64,000 bases of DNA from an uncultured bacterium (GCA_963740635.1 CAVUEQ010000001.1:740840-804839), one strand, 5' to 3'. Positions 1 through 9,590 are shown, counted from the first letter of the stretch. Program-made: numbers and translations. Notes: generated from the sequence alone by a model not told the origin.

Positions 1-2638
1 CGCTGCCGTTGAATTTCGCGATATGGGTATTAGTGCCCGAACCGGTCAGTCCGGTGCCCGAACCGGCACAGTTTCCTAATTCTATAGTACAAATTGTTTG
101 CGTGGTGCCGCCGGCTGCGACTGGCAAATTGAAGGTGACATTGCCGGCGCCAGTCGGTGACGTAGCCAGTAAGTTGGCTTAGCTGTGCATTGGTGGCGTT
201 GGCCATATTTAGCGATGCCAGCAGTGGTGGCGGCCACGACCAAAGGTGGCGCCGCCTGCGCCCTGCACGTCCAGGGTGCCGCTAAAGGCCGGGCTGTTGG
301 TAATGGTAATATTGCTGCAAGCTGCCGCCACTGCCTAAGCGTGATCGTGTCACCGCCGCCGCTCAGATTGCCGGTGCCGCTGGGGCAGACCAGCGTGGTG
401 TTGCCCTGGACGGCGGTGGCGGCCGAGCTGCCCGTAATTGACGCTCAAACTGGCACTGCTGCCGCCAAGCGAAACCAGGCCGCCGCCGGCCAGTCCCGAG
501 CCGGCCGTGACCGTGAGGCTGGAGTTGGCCAGCTTGGCATTCGTGACCTTGGCGTTGCCGATGGTGGTGACGCCGGCATTGTTGACGGTGAGGTCGCCGC
601 TGAGGGTGGTGAAGGTCGGCACGCCAGAACCATTCGCCAACAGTACCTGGCCGCCAGTACCCGCGGACGTGACTTGCAGGGCACCGGCGCCGTTGCCAAA
701 CAGCACGCCGTCTGCGGTGAAGCTGGCGGCGCCGGTGCCGCCGTTCGCGGTGGTGAGCGCGGTGGATAGGGTGAGGCCGCCAAAGGCCGGCGTGGCGGTG
801 ACGGAAATATCCTGGATGGTGTCGATAACGCCCGCGCCGTTGTCGGAAAAGCTGGTGCTGCTAAAGCTGGCGATGCCCGGGGTGGTACCGTCATCGGCTT
901 TGGCGTTGTCAATGGTGATGGCACCGCCGCTGCCAGTGGAGTTGTTGACCGTGACCACGCCGGTTTGGCCTTCGACGGACGTAACGCCGCCGGAACCCGG
1001 GCAGGCCTGAAACACCGGCGCGCCGGCGGTGGCCACGAGGCACTGCCCGAGCGATCCGGTGACGGCGGTGACGGGACTGGCGCCGTTGCCGAGCAGCACG
1101 CCATTGGCGGCCAGGCTTGAGGCGCCGGTGCCGCCATTGGCCACCGTCAGCGCCGAGGACAATGTGAGGCCGGCGAAGGTGGGCGCCGAGCTGGCAGCGA
1201 TGCCCTGGATAGTGTTTACGATCCCGGCAGCCACGCTGAAGTTGGTGGAGTTGAAGCTGGCGATACCCTTGGCGGCGGTGGTGGCGTCGTCGATGGTGAT
1301 GGCACTGCCGGCGCCGGCAGTGTTGTTGATGGTGAGGGCGCCGGTGAGACCGTCGAGGCTGGCAACACCGCCCGCGCCGGTGCAGGTCTGGAAGCTGGGC
1401 GCCGCGCCGGCGCCGTTACTCACCAGGCAGTCGCCGCCGGCACCGTTGCTGAACTGGCTGATGGCCGACGACGTGCTGGCAAACAGGAGCTGGTTGGCGC
1501 TGAGCGTGCTCAGGCCGGTGCCGCCGTTGCCCACTGTCAGCGCCGAGGACAATGTGAGGCCGGCGAAGGTGGGCGCGGAGGTGGCAGCGATGCCCTGAAT
1601 GGTGTTGACAACGCCGCCGGCGGCGGAGAAGTTGGTGGCGTTGAAGCTGGCGATACCCTTGGCGGCGGTGGTGGCGTCGTCGATGGTGATGGCACTGCCG
1701 GCGCCGGCAGTGTTGTTGATGGTGAGGGCGCCGGTGAGACCGTCGAGGCTGGCAACACCGCCCGCGCCGGAGCAGGCGCCCCACTGCACATCGCTGGAGC
1801 CGGACAGCAGGCAGAGGCCGGCGGATCCCGGCGTGGCTACACCCAGCGTGGCGGTCCCCTGGCCAAACAATATGCTCGCGGCCGGCACGCTGCTCACCCC
1901 GGTGCCGCCGCTGCCCACGCCCAGCGGCGCGCCCAGGCTGAGGCTCGAAATGGTGGTGCCGCCCAGGCTGGTGGCGCCGGTGGCACTGAAGCTGCCGGTA
2001 GAGTTGAGGCCGCCGCTGAAGGTGTTAGCAGACGTGAAGGTGTTGGCGGCATTGCGGAGCGCCACGTTGCCCGAGAGCAGGCTGTCAGCGATGGTGCCTT
2101 GCAGATTTTGGGCATTGGTGAAGAAGGCGCTGTTGTGGCCGCCGAGCAAAGAGGCGTCAACCCCGGTGATGGCGGCGCCGTTGCCGCTGAAGTTGGCCGC
2201 CGTGAGCAACCCGCCAAAAGTGCCGTTGCCGTCCACGGTGAGGTCGCCGCCGATGGTGGCCTTGGTAGACACCTGCAGCGCCTTCACCAGCAGGTCGCCC
2301 AGATCGGCCTGGTCGGCGATAATCTGCGTGACGTTGAGAATGGAATTGTTGTCGGCCGTCTTCGAGCCCAGGGCCTGCTGTTCAGCTTGGCTGAGGCCCG
2401 GCTGGGGGGATGTCGTGGGCGAGGCAGTGGTGGTTTTTGGCTTGCCCCCCAGCGTAATGGCAGCCCAGGTTCCGGCGCCGATGAGCAACAACACCAACAC
2501 CACCACCGGAACCAGCCAGCCCGGCCGGCGCGGCTTGCGGGGAGGCGGAGTCGATGAAGCTGCGGGCTGGAGAGGGGCCCCTCCCGCAGGCAACTGTTGG
2601 TTTATCTCGGGGTTAAAATTTGGATCCATCCACACCAC
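1..2638 (-). CDS. Large Gly/Thr/Ser/Ala/Asn-rich repetitive surface protein. The N-terminus has a Pro-rich segment and a signal-anchor TM. The body has beta-helix-like low-complexity repeats. The gene is partial and runs off the window start. The track ORF ends at 350, but the Gly/Ser/Thr-rich coding signal continues in another frame to nt 1, so there is a frameshift near 350-440.
   Basis: ORF 350..2638 translation: N-terminal TM (LVPVVVLVLLLIGAGTWAAI), then about 130-aa repeats (GAGGVASLDGLTGALTINNTAGAGSAITIDDATTAAKGIASFN...). The reverse complement of nt 1-200 still encodes GSGTGLTGSGTNT-type sequence. Confidence 0.6.
750..1790. repeat. Tandem direct repeats of about 390 bp (about 130 aa) inside the surface-protein gene. 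Copies at about 1148-1535 and 1535-1790 are near-identical at DNA level. A more diverged copy lies at about 750-1148.
   Basis: Identical stretches, e.g. gcgatacccttggcggcggtggtggcgtcgtcgatggtgatggcactgccggcgccggcagtgttgttgatggtgagggcgccggtgagaccgtcgaggctggcaacaccgcccgcgccgg at about 1261-1390 and about 1651-1780, and cgccgaggacaatgtgaggccggcgaaggtgggcgc at about 1150 and about 1540. Confidence 0.85.
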
Positions 2639-2700
2639 TAAATGGTTGTGGTTATTTTACCTTATTCCATACCTGAAACACAAGCGTTTTGGGGGCGAAA

Positions 2701-2733
2701 AAAAGCCAAAAAAAGAGCCCCTCGGCGGGGCCC
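2701..2733 (-). terminator. Intrinsic terminator downstream of tRNA-Ala(GGC): GC hairpin followed by a U-tract.
   Basis: On the minus strand, GGGCCCCGCCGAGGGGCUC hairpin (stem gcccc/ggggc, 5-nt loop) followed by CUCUUUUUUUGGCUUUUUUU. Confidence 0.55.
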
Positions 2734-2753
2734 TTGATAAATCGATGATTTCT

Positions 2754-2830
2754 TGGTGGAGCTACAGGGATTCGAACCCTGGACCTCCTCGATGCCATCG
2801 AGGCGCGCTAGCCAGCTGCGCCATAGCCCC
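2754..2830 (-). tRNA. tRNA-Ala (anticodon GGC), CCA encoded.
   Basis: Reverse complement GGGGCTATGGCGCAGCTGGCTAGCGCGCCTCGATGGCATCGAGGAGGTCCAGGGTTCGAATCCCTGTAGCTCCACCA folds as a cloverleaf. Anticodon loop AT-GGC-AT. G3:U70 Ala identity pair. T-loop TTCGAAT. Confidence 0.85.
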
Positions 2831-2876
2831 ATGCAGGTAAGAGCATACGCTACCGGGAAGTGTTCGTCAAATACAC

Positions 2877-3584
2877 ATGAGAGTGCTCTGTAGTACAATC
2901 ATGATTATGAATGAGACAAGGTTGCGAGCAGTCCAACTCCGAAAATGGGGTCTCACCTATTCTGAGATTCAATTGCAAATAGGAAAAAATATACCGAAGA
3001 GTACATTGTCGTACTGGTGCCGGGGGGTCAAGCTGTCTGAGCGGCAGCTGAATAGAATATTAGCCCTGGGAAAGGAAAATTTAATCCGTGCTAGATCGGC
3101 GGCAGTCCGAAGCAAGGCCGTCAGTCGAAAGCGTCGTCTGGAGGAAGGGTACAAACAAGCGAAGGGGTACCTTGGTGACGTTAGCCTTCGGGAAGCAAAA
3201 ATTGCATTGGCTATGCTTTACCTTGGTGAGGGTTATAAGTTCCCCGCCAGCAGAGGACTGAAGCTGGGCAGCTCAGATCCCCGGATTGTCAATACTTTCA
3301 TACATTTGCTGCGGTTGTGTTTTGATGTGAGACCAGAGGACCTAAAATGCCTTATCAGTTATAGAGCGGACCAGAACCTGGATGAATTGATGTCCTTCTG
3401 GGCAGCCAAAACCGGCATACCCCGCGATAATTTTTACCAATCCAAGGCTGACCCTAGGACGGTAAATAAACCAACCAAAAATTCAGAATACAAGGGGGTC
3501 GCGGTTGTCTCTTCCAAGGGTGTAACTAACCAGTTGGAGCTTGACCACATTGCAAACGTTTTGCTGGAAGCTATTTCGAGCTAG
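2877..3584 (+). CDS. AT-rich hypothetical protein with an N-terminal HTH. The C-terminal region has a possible LAGLIDADG-like motif (ALAMLYLGEGYK), so it is a candidate homing-endonuclease-like or DNA-binding protein.
   Basis: ORF is about 45% GC in a 65% GC background. The N-terminal segment LRKWGLTYSEIQLQIGKNIPKSTLSYWCRG looks like an HTH. It lies adjacent to a tRNA gene. Confidence 0.5.
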   Translation: MRVLCSTIMIMNETRLRAVQLRKWGLTYSEIQLQIGKNIPKSTLSYWCRGVKLSERQLNRILALGKENLIRARSAAVRSKAVSRKRRLEEGYKQAKGYLGDVSLREAKIALAMLYLGEGYKFPASRGLKLGSSDPRIVNTFIHLLRLCFDVRPEDLKCLISYRADQNLDELMSFWAAKTGIPRDNFYQSKADPRTVNKPTKNSEYKGVAVVSSKGVTNQLELDHIANVLLEAISS

Positions 3585-3811
3585 GGGTGGAGCTTAAATG
3601 CCACCACCAGCGCCCAGGCCAGACCGCCGACAATGAGGGCGACCAGCAGCTGGGCCGTGATTATGCCTATGCCCAGCCGAAATCCGTCGCCGTAGGTGAG
3701 GCGGCGGCCGCGCGGGCGGACGGCGTCGGCCAGAAAGGTATCGCGGACCCGGGCAGGGCGGGCCGTGGCTTTGGGTTTGTCGTCTAGATCAGTCATGACA
3801 GGCCGGGCCAA
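3581..3811 (-). CDS. Small hypothetical membrane protein (C-terminal TM).
   Basis: 76-aa ORF with hydrophobic C-terminus LLVALIVGGLAWALVVAF. No homology recognised. Confidence 0.3.
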   Translation of the reverse strand: MARPVMTDLDDKPKATARPARVRDTFLADAVRPRGRRLTYGDGFRLGIGIITAQLLVALIVGGLAWALVVAFKLHP

Positions 3812-3839
3812 CAGTTAGGAATATGGGTTAATTCTACGA

Positions 3840-5138
3840 TTATTGCGCCTCAAGCACAAGCGGCATGGCGGGGCGGGGCGCACCGGGACGGATGGCGGGG
3901 CGGGGGGCGCCGGGACGGATGGCCTGGGACAGACGGTCGAGGGCAATCATGGCGGCGGCGGTGCGCGGGGTGGTGTCGGCCGTGCGCGACAGGGCCATGA
4001 CCTCGGCGGCGGACTGGCGGAGCTTGGAGGCCAGGCGGGCCAGCACCATCGGCTCGTCCCAGTTGTACCCCTGGAGGTTTTGGACCCACTCGAAGTACGA
4101 GCCGACCACGCCCCCGGCGTTGGCCAGGATGTCGGGGACGACGGTAACGTGGTGGCGGGCCAGGATGGGGTCGGCGGCGCGGGCGATGGAGCTGTTGCCG
4201 AGCTCGAGGACCACGCGGGCGCGGACGTGGGGGGCGTTGCGTTCCGTGATGGCGTGCTCGACCGCCGCCAGCACCAGGATATCGGCGTCGGCGGCGAGCA
4301 GCTCGGCGTGCGTGGCCGTGCGGCCGCCAGCAGGGGCAACGCGGCCGGTCGCGGCCAGCGCGGCCCGCACCGCGGCGGGGTCGAGGCCGGCGGGGTCCAG
4401 GACGGCGTCGCGCGCGTCGCTCACGCCCACCAGCCGGTAGCCCGCGCGCACCGCGGCCTCGGCGAAGTGCGAGCCGACATTGCCGAAGCCCTCCACGGCG
4501 ATGGTGGGCGTAGCGCCGAGGCCAAGATCCGGCCGGTGTGCCAGCACCTCCTCGAGCACCTCGAACCCGCCGTAGCCCGTGGCCTCGCGGCGGCCCAGGC
4601 TACCGTAGAGTGCGCCCGGCTTGCCCGTAAAGGCGGCCGGCGTGAAGCTGCCGGTGAGCGCGGCGTACTCGTCGACCATCCAGGCCATGGTAGCCTCGCC
4701 GGTGTTCACGTCCGGCGCCGGGATGTCGCGCCACGGCCCGATCAGCGGCTGTACCTGCCGCACATACAGACGGGCTAGCCGCTCGAGCTCGGCCGCGCTG
4801 AGGGTGGCCGGGTCCACGGCCACGGCCCCTTTGGCGCCGCCGAACGGCACGTCGGCCACGGCGCATTTGAGCGTCATCAGCAGCGCCAGGTTCTTCACCT
4901 CTTCCAGATTGGCATCGGCGTGGAACCGGATGCCGCCCTTGAACGGCCCGCGGGCATTTGAGTGCTGCACGCGCCAGGCCCGGAGCCTGAGGATGGTGCC
5001 GTCGTCGCGGGCCAGGGGCAGCGTCATCTCGATAATCCGGTCGGGCTGCGCCAGCGCCTGGATGACTTCGCGGGGGATACGCTGCATGGCGGCAGCCCGT
5101 TTTAGTTCATTCCAGCTGGCTTCATAGATGCTTGGCAT
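3840..5138 (-). CDS. gdh: Glutamate dehydrogenase (Glu/Leu/Phe/Val dehydrogenase family).
   Basis: GGAKGAVAVDP motif and Rossmann GFGNVG segment. 432 aa. The C-terminal tandem peptide repeat AIRPGAPRP x2 comes from a DNA direct repeat at about 3865-3905. Confidence 0.85.
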   Translation of the reverse strand: MPSIYEASWNELKRAAAMQRIPREVIQALAQPDRIIEMTLPLARDDGTILRLRAWRVQHSNARGPFKGGIRFHADANLEEVKNLALLMTLKCAVADVPFGGAKGAVAVDPATLSAAELERLARLYVRQVQPLIGPWRDIPAPDVNTGEATMAWMVDEYAALTGSFTPAAFTGKPGALYGSLGRREATGYGGFEVLEEVLAHRPDLGLGATPTIAVEGFGNVGSHFAEAAVRAGYRLVGVSDARDAVLDPAGLDPAAVRAALAATGRVAPAGGRTATHAELLAADADILVLAAVEHAITERNAPHVRARVVLELGNSSIARAADPILARHHVTVVPDILANAGGVVGSYFEWVQNLQGYNWDEPMVLARLASKLRQSAAEVMALSRTADTTPRTAAAMIALDRLSQAIRPGAPRPAIRPGAPRPAMPLVLEAQ

Positions 5139-5245
5139 TGCCGCTCCGTTTTGAGAATTATTATTGTTCGGTTTGATTATACACCTAATATTTTGACAAT
5201 AGTTATAATTCTTAATAAACTAGCAGTTATTATTGAGGATCTTGG
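5139..5245. promoter_or_regulatory. AT-rich divergent promoter region between gdh (-) and glnA (+).
   Basis: About 30% GC island with TTGACA and TATAAT-like hexamers (ttgacaatagttataattcttaataaac) between divergently oriented starts. Confidence 0.3.
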
Positions 5246-6654
5246 ATGTTTTTGGACATACCCTACGACAAACTCGAGCAAATGAACCTGGCGGCGCGCA
5301 AGCTGACCGACCCGGACGAGGCCAAAGCCAAACACACGGCGTACCTGGAGGGCGAGCCGAAACTGAAGGCGGTGACGGTTTGCTTTTCGGACATCGAAGG
5401 CCGGCTGCACATGCTCGACTACGACAAGAAATTCCTGCTGGCGTCGCTCGACAACCTGACGTTTGACGGCAGTTCGATCCGGGGCTTCAGCGAGCTGCAC
5501 GAGAGCGACCTGCGGCTGCTGCTCGATTGGACCAGTTTCACGCACCTGCCGGCGGACGTGTTTGGGCCGGGAAAGGTGATCGTGTGGGCGAACGTGGCCG
5601 GGCGTGACCTCAAGCCGTACGAGGCCGATTTCCGCGGGCGGCTGCAGGCCTATGCCGCTGAGCTTGCGGCGAAAGACGGCCTGGAGGCTTTCATGGCGCC
5701 GGAGCTGGAGGGGTTTTTGCTGGACGGCGTCGACGCCGAGCAGCATTTTTCCAGCGCCGAGGGCTTTAAGCTGATCTCGAGCGGCGGCTATTTCCACTCC
5801 CTGCCGCTCGACCGGCTGCGGCAGTTCATCGACGCCACGGCCGAGGCGCAGCGGGCGCTCGGGTTCCGCAACGAGAAGGACCACCCCGAGGTGGCGCCGT
5901 CACAGTTCGAAATTAACTTCAGTTACACCGACGTGGTGCGGGCCTGCGACCAGGTGCAGCTGTACAAGCTGATTTGCCGGCAGATCGCCAACCGCCTGGG
6001 CATGACGGCGACCTTTTTGCCCAAGCCCATCCAGGGCATCAACGGCAGCGGCATGCACACCAACTTTTCGCTGGCGCGGGACGGCAAAAACGCCTTCCAC
6101 GACGCCAAGGGCACGGACGGCCTGTCGCCGCTCGGCGTGGGGTTTCATCGAGAAACTGCTCCACCGCGCGCCGGAAATCTGCCTGGTACTGAACTCGAGC
6201 GTGAACTCCTACCGCCGGCTGGACCCGAACTTCGAGGCCCCCAACCAGATTAAGGTGTGCGCCCACGACCGCGGCTCGATGATCCGCATCCCGTTTGGCA
6301 ACGAGCGCACGGCGCGCATCGAGATCCGCTCCGTGGCGCCGGACACCAACCCGTACCTGCTGCTGTTCGCTTTGCTGAAGGTCGGTCTCGAAGACAAGAA
6401 ACCAAGCCGCGGAAAGCGCCGACAAGCGATCGCGGCTGCGGTTTTTGCCGGGTACCATCAAGGACGCAATGCGCCTGTTTAAGGCCAGCGACCTGACGGC
6501 TGGGATTATGGGCGAGGACACGAAGGAGAAGTTCCTGAGCTACAAGCAGGCCTCGGCCGACCGCAACCCGCGCGAGCTGGGCACGACCATTAAAGATTCC
6601 GAGATTATCTACCACCACGAGGTGTGGAACCAGGTACTGTGGAATAAGTTCTAG
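5246..6654 (+). pseudogene. glnA: Glutamine synthetase (GlnA) reading frame interrupted by two +1/-1 frameshifts (near about 6140 and about 6430). This is either a pseudogene or an assembly indel.
   Basis: Frame A (5246..) carries GSGMHTNFSL. Frame B (about 6125..6482) carries FIEKLLHRAPEICLVLNSSVNSYRRL...RGSMIRIP...NPYLL. Frame C (about 6421..6654) carries LPGTIKDAMRLFKASDLT. Together these make a complete GS of about 470 aa. The first shift lies in a G-run (ggcgtgggg). Confidence 0.8.
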
Positions 6655-6692
6655 CTTACGGGCGCCGGTTTTTCGCGAGGAGCGTGATGGCA

Positions 6693-6828
6693 ACTATACT
6701 CCAAAAGGGTATATCTACCATTATCACACAAATGTTGTAGTCTTTTTGGCTTGGGTGAGCCATTATTTCTACCTTACTCGAACACAAATGCCCATTACCG
6801 TCAAAGGTATACTCTTTGGGAGTATAGT
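6693..6828. mobile_element. MITE-like 136-bp AT-rich element with about 22-24 bp terminal inverted repeats (copy 1), upstream of kbl.
   Basis: Left end ACTATACTCCAAAAGGGTATATCTA. Right end GGTATACTCTTTGGGAGTATAGT, which is the reverse complement of the left. The internal motif TGTAGTCTTTTTGGCTTGGGTGAGCCATTA is shared with copy 2. Confidence 0.6.
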
Positions 6829-6905
6829 CGGGCATGCGAGGACTCCGGAAAAAATGCGTGGGTACACCTGGTGCATTTTGGACCGGAAGCGTACACTAGG
6901 TCGTT

Positions 6906-8093
6906 ATGAGCACAAAAGATAATTTCTACAAGCAACTAGCCGAAGCCGAGGCCGGCTTCAAGCCGCCGCGGGTGATTACCAGCGGGCAGGGCGCCTACTT
7001 AAAGATAGACGGCCAGCCGCGGCTGAACTTTTGCTCGAGCCATTACCTGGGGTTCGCGGTGGACGGGCGGCTGAAGCAGGCGGCCAAAGCGGCCGTCGAC
7101 AAGTACGGCATTGGCACCGGCTACCGCACGCTGGCCGGGACGCACGAGTTGCACCTGGAGCTGGAGCGGGCCATCGCGGAGTTTAAGGGCGCCGAGGCGG
7201 CAGTGGTATTTTCGAGCGCCTACGCGGCCAACGCGGCGGCCATCCAGACGATTATCGGCAAGGAAGACATTGTGATTTCGGATGAGCTGAACCACGCCTC
7301 CATCATCGATGCGGTGCGGCTGAGCGGGGTGAAAAATAAGTTCATATACGGCCACGGGGATATGGCGGCGCTGGAGGCGAAGCTTCAAGAGGTGGCAGAG
7401 CTGCGCAAAACGCCCAAGGCCAACGGCGAGCCGCCGCTGGTGCTGATAGTGACCGACGGCGTTTTTTCGATGGACGGCGACCTGGCGCCCCTGCCCCGGA
7501 TCGTGGAGCTCGCCAAGCGCTACGACGCGCTGACCATGGTGGACGACGCCCACGGCGAGGGCGTGCTGGGCCGTGGCGGCCGCGGGATCGTGGACCACTT
7601 TGGCCTGACCGGAGAGGTGGACATCGAGGTGGGGAGCTTGAGCAAGGCGTTTTCGGTGATGGGCGGATTTATTGCGGGCCGGCGCGAGTTGGTTAATTTC
7701 TACAACGCGAGGGCCCGGCAGCGGCTGTTTTCGGTGGCGCTGACCATCCCCGACACGGCGGCGGCCCTGGAGGCGGTGCGGATTTTGCAGGAGTCGCAGG
7801 ATTTGGTGCAGAAATTGTGGGACAACGTGGATTATTTGCGCGAAGGGTTTAAGGAGCTGGGATTTGATATCGGCCACTCCGAGACGCCGATCATCCCGGT
7901 GATGCTGGGCGACGAAAAAACGGCGGTGGAAATGAGCGCCAAGATGTTTGCAGACGGGGTGTTTGCGACGCCGATTGTGTTTCCGATGGTAGCCAAGGGC
8001 AAGGCGCGGATACGGGTGATCGTGTCGGCGAGCTTCAGCCGCGAGGACTGCGATAAGGGGTTGGCGGCGTTCAAGAAGGCGCGGGGGGATTAA
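6906..8093 (+). CDS. kbl: 2-amino-3-ketobutyrate CoA ligase (glycine C-acetyltransferase), class II PLP aminotransferase. Assigned as Kbl rather than BioF because tdh is adjacent.
   Basis: 395 aa. PLP-lysine context GSLSKAF. Convergent with a threonine dehydrogenase-like Zn-ADH gene. Confidence 0.8.
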   Translation: MSTKDNFYKQLAEAEAGFKPPRVITSGQGAYLKIDGQPRLNFCSSHYLGFAVDGRLKQAAKAAVDKYGIGTGYRTLAGTHELHLELERAIAEFKGAEAAVVFSSAYAANAAAIQTIIGKEDIVISDELNHASIIDAVRLSGVKNKFIYGHGDMAALEAKLQEVAELRKTPKANGEPPLVLIVTDGVFSMDGDLAPLPRIVELAKRYDALTMVDDAHGEGVLGRGGRGIVDHFGLTGEVDIEVGSLSKAFSVMGGFIAGRRELVNFYNARARQRLFSVALTIPDTAAALEAVRILQESQDLVQKLWDNVDYLREGFKELGFDIGHSETPIIPVMLGDEKTAVEMSAKMFADGVFATPIVFPMVAKGKARIRVIVSASFSREDCDKGLAAFKKARGD

Positions 8094-8170
8094 CCTTTCC
8101 TTTTAATGGGGGTGGGGGCGTTTGGCGTGTTCGATTGCACGAGGTTTTTCTGCGAGTTGGCACGGTGCGC

Positions 8171-8306
8171 ACTATACTCCAAAAGAGTATATCTATCTTT
8201 CCGGCGAATATATTGTGTAGTTTTTGCTTAAGTGAAGCCATAAACGCGATGTTGCAATATTACATGTTTAGAGCAATGTCAAAACTATACCCTTTTGGAG
8301 TATAGT
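8171..8306. mobile_element. MITE-like 136-bp element copy 2, between kbl and tdh. Same TIRs and same length as copy 1.
   Basis: Left ACTATACTCCAAAAGAGTATATCTA. Right AAAACTATACCCTTTTGGAGTATAGTTG, the reverse complement of the left. Internal TGTAGTTTTTGCTTAAGTGAAGCCATAA. Confidence 0.6.
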
Positions 8307-8346
8307 TGTGTGTATAAGTTTCCGCGGGGAGTGGCGGCGTCCGGTT

Positions 8347-9546
8347 TTAACCGTTAACCTTGAAGATGACTTTGGGGTGGGCGTTGAGGGCTTGCTCGAA
8401 ATTGAGCTGGTCGTACTGCGCGAGCGGTAGGATGGTCCCCTCCCCTTTTTTGAGGATGACGTCCCAGATTTTGCCCTGGATGCCGTTGGATTTGTCCGAC
8501 AGAATGCGCTGGGAAATCTGCCAGGTGCCGAAAATTTGGCGGCCGATAATGCCGTGGACGGTGAGGCCTTTGACGATAAAGCGCGAGAATTTGGGAACGG
8601 TGAAGTCGCCGTCCTTGAGGCCGAAGAGGATGACCTGGCCGCCGCGGCGGGTGGCTTCGAGGGCGTTGTTGAGGCTCGAGGGCGGGCCGGCCATTTCCAT
8701 GGCGATGTCGACGCCCTTGCCGTAGGTGAGCTCGTTGATGCGGCCGACCACTTCGGGGTCGTGGTCGTAGTCGTGGGCCTTTTCCTTGCGCTCGATCTGG
8801 ATGGTCTCGTGGGCGCCGCACGCCTTAGCCATGGCCAGGTTGTCAGGGTTAACGTCGACGGCGATGACCTTGGCCGCGCCGAAATTTTTGAGCAGCAAGA
8901 TGGCGAACAGGCCAATTGGGCCGCAGCCCATCACGGCCACGCGCTGGCCGCGGACCTCGACCTTGGTGGAGGCGTGGACGGCGTTGCCGAACGGGTCCAT
9001 GATGGCGGCGATTTCGGGGCGGATGCGGGACTCGTCGATCGGCCAGAGGTTTTTGGCCGGGATTTTGACGTATTCGGCAAAGATGCCGTTGATGGAAATG
9101 CCGAGAATGCTCTCGTTCATGCAGACGTTGCCCTCACCGATGCGGCACTGGTAGCATTTGCCGCAGGTGACATGCGAGTCGCCGGACACCAAGCTGCCGA
9201 CCTCGATTTTGGCGTTGTTGTTCGGGTCTTCGTCGTAATAGAGGGTGCGAACCATGGAGCCGGCCGCCACGACCTCGCCGACGAATTCGTGGCCGAGCAC
9301 GCGCAAAGTCTGGCCCTGGGCGGCCAAGGAGTCGTGGATGAGGTCGTGGAAGGTGTTGCGGTAGTAGATGCCGCGGTCGGTGCCGCAAACGCCGGCGTAG
9401 CGGATTTTGAGAATGACGGCAGTGGCGTCGGCGGGGTCGGCCGCCTCGTTGAGGGCGGGCCGCTCGATGTCTCGGAGCACAAAGCCCCGGGATTTCTCCC
9501 AGGAATCGGTGTGAGTATCAAATGTGAGAGCTTTTACTGTGGCCAT
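8347..9546 (-). CDS. tdh: Zn-dependent alcohol dehydrogenase family, L-threonine 3-dehydrogenase-like.
   Basis: GHEFVGEVV zinc-ADH motif, cysteine-rich structural zinc loop (CGKCYQCRIGEGNVC), Rossmann GCGPIG. Neighbour of kbl. Confidence 0.75.
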   Translation of the reverse strand: MATVKALTFDTHTDSWEKSRGFVLRDIERPALNEAADPADATAVILKIRYAGVCGTDRGIYYRNTFHDLIHDSLAAQGQTLRVLGHEFVGEVVAAGSMVRTLYYDEDPNNNAKIEVGSLVSGDSHVTCGKCYQCRIGEGNVCMNESILGISINGIFAEYVKIPAKNLWPIDESRIRPEIAAIMDPFGNAVHASTKVEVRGQRVAVMGCGPIGLFAILLLKNFGAAKVIAVDVNPDNLAMAKACGAHETIQIERKEKAHDYDHDPEVVGRINELTYGKGVDIAMEMAGPPSSLNNALEATRRGGQVILFGLKDGDFTVPKFSRFIVKGLTVHGIIGRQIFGTWQISQRILSDKSNGIQGKIWDVILKKGEGTILPLAQYDQLNFEQALNAHPKVIFKVNG

Positions 9547-9590
9547 AATAAGAATTATGTATTTATATCATGCTTTGTTAGTTCGATCAA

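Noticed and set aside
185-2840. Long plus-strand ORFs (185..769, 438..1010, 1029..1598, 1599..2840) antisense to the repeat-protein gene.
   Set aside because: Pro/Ala/Val-rich low-complexity translations typical of GC-rich antisense frames. They mirror the repeat structure of the minus-strand gene, which has an N-terminal TM and a coherent domain pattern.
3843-4778. 311-aa plus-strand ORF and other Gly/Arg-rich ORFs antisense to gdh.
   Set aside because: Arg/Gly/Ala-biased composition and no motifs. gdh on the opposite strand has clear GDH signatures.
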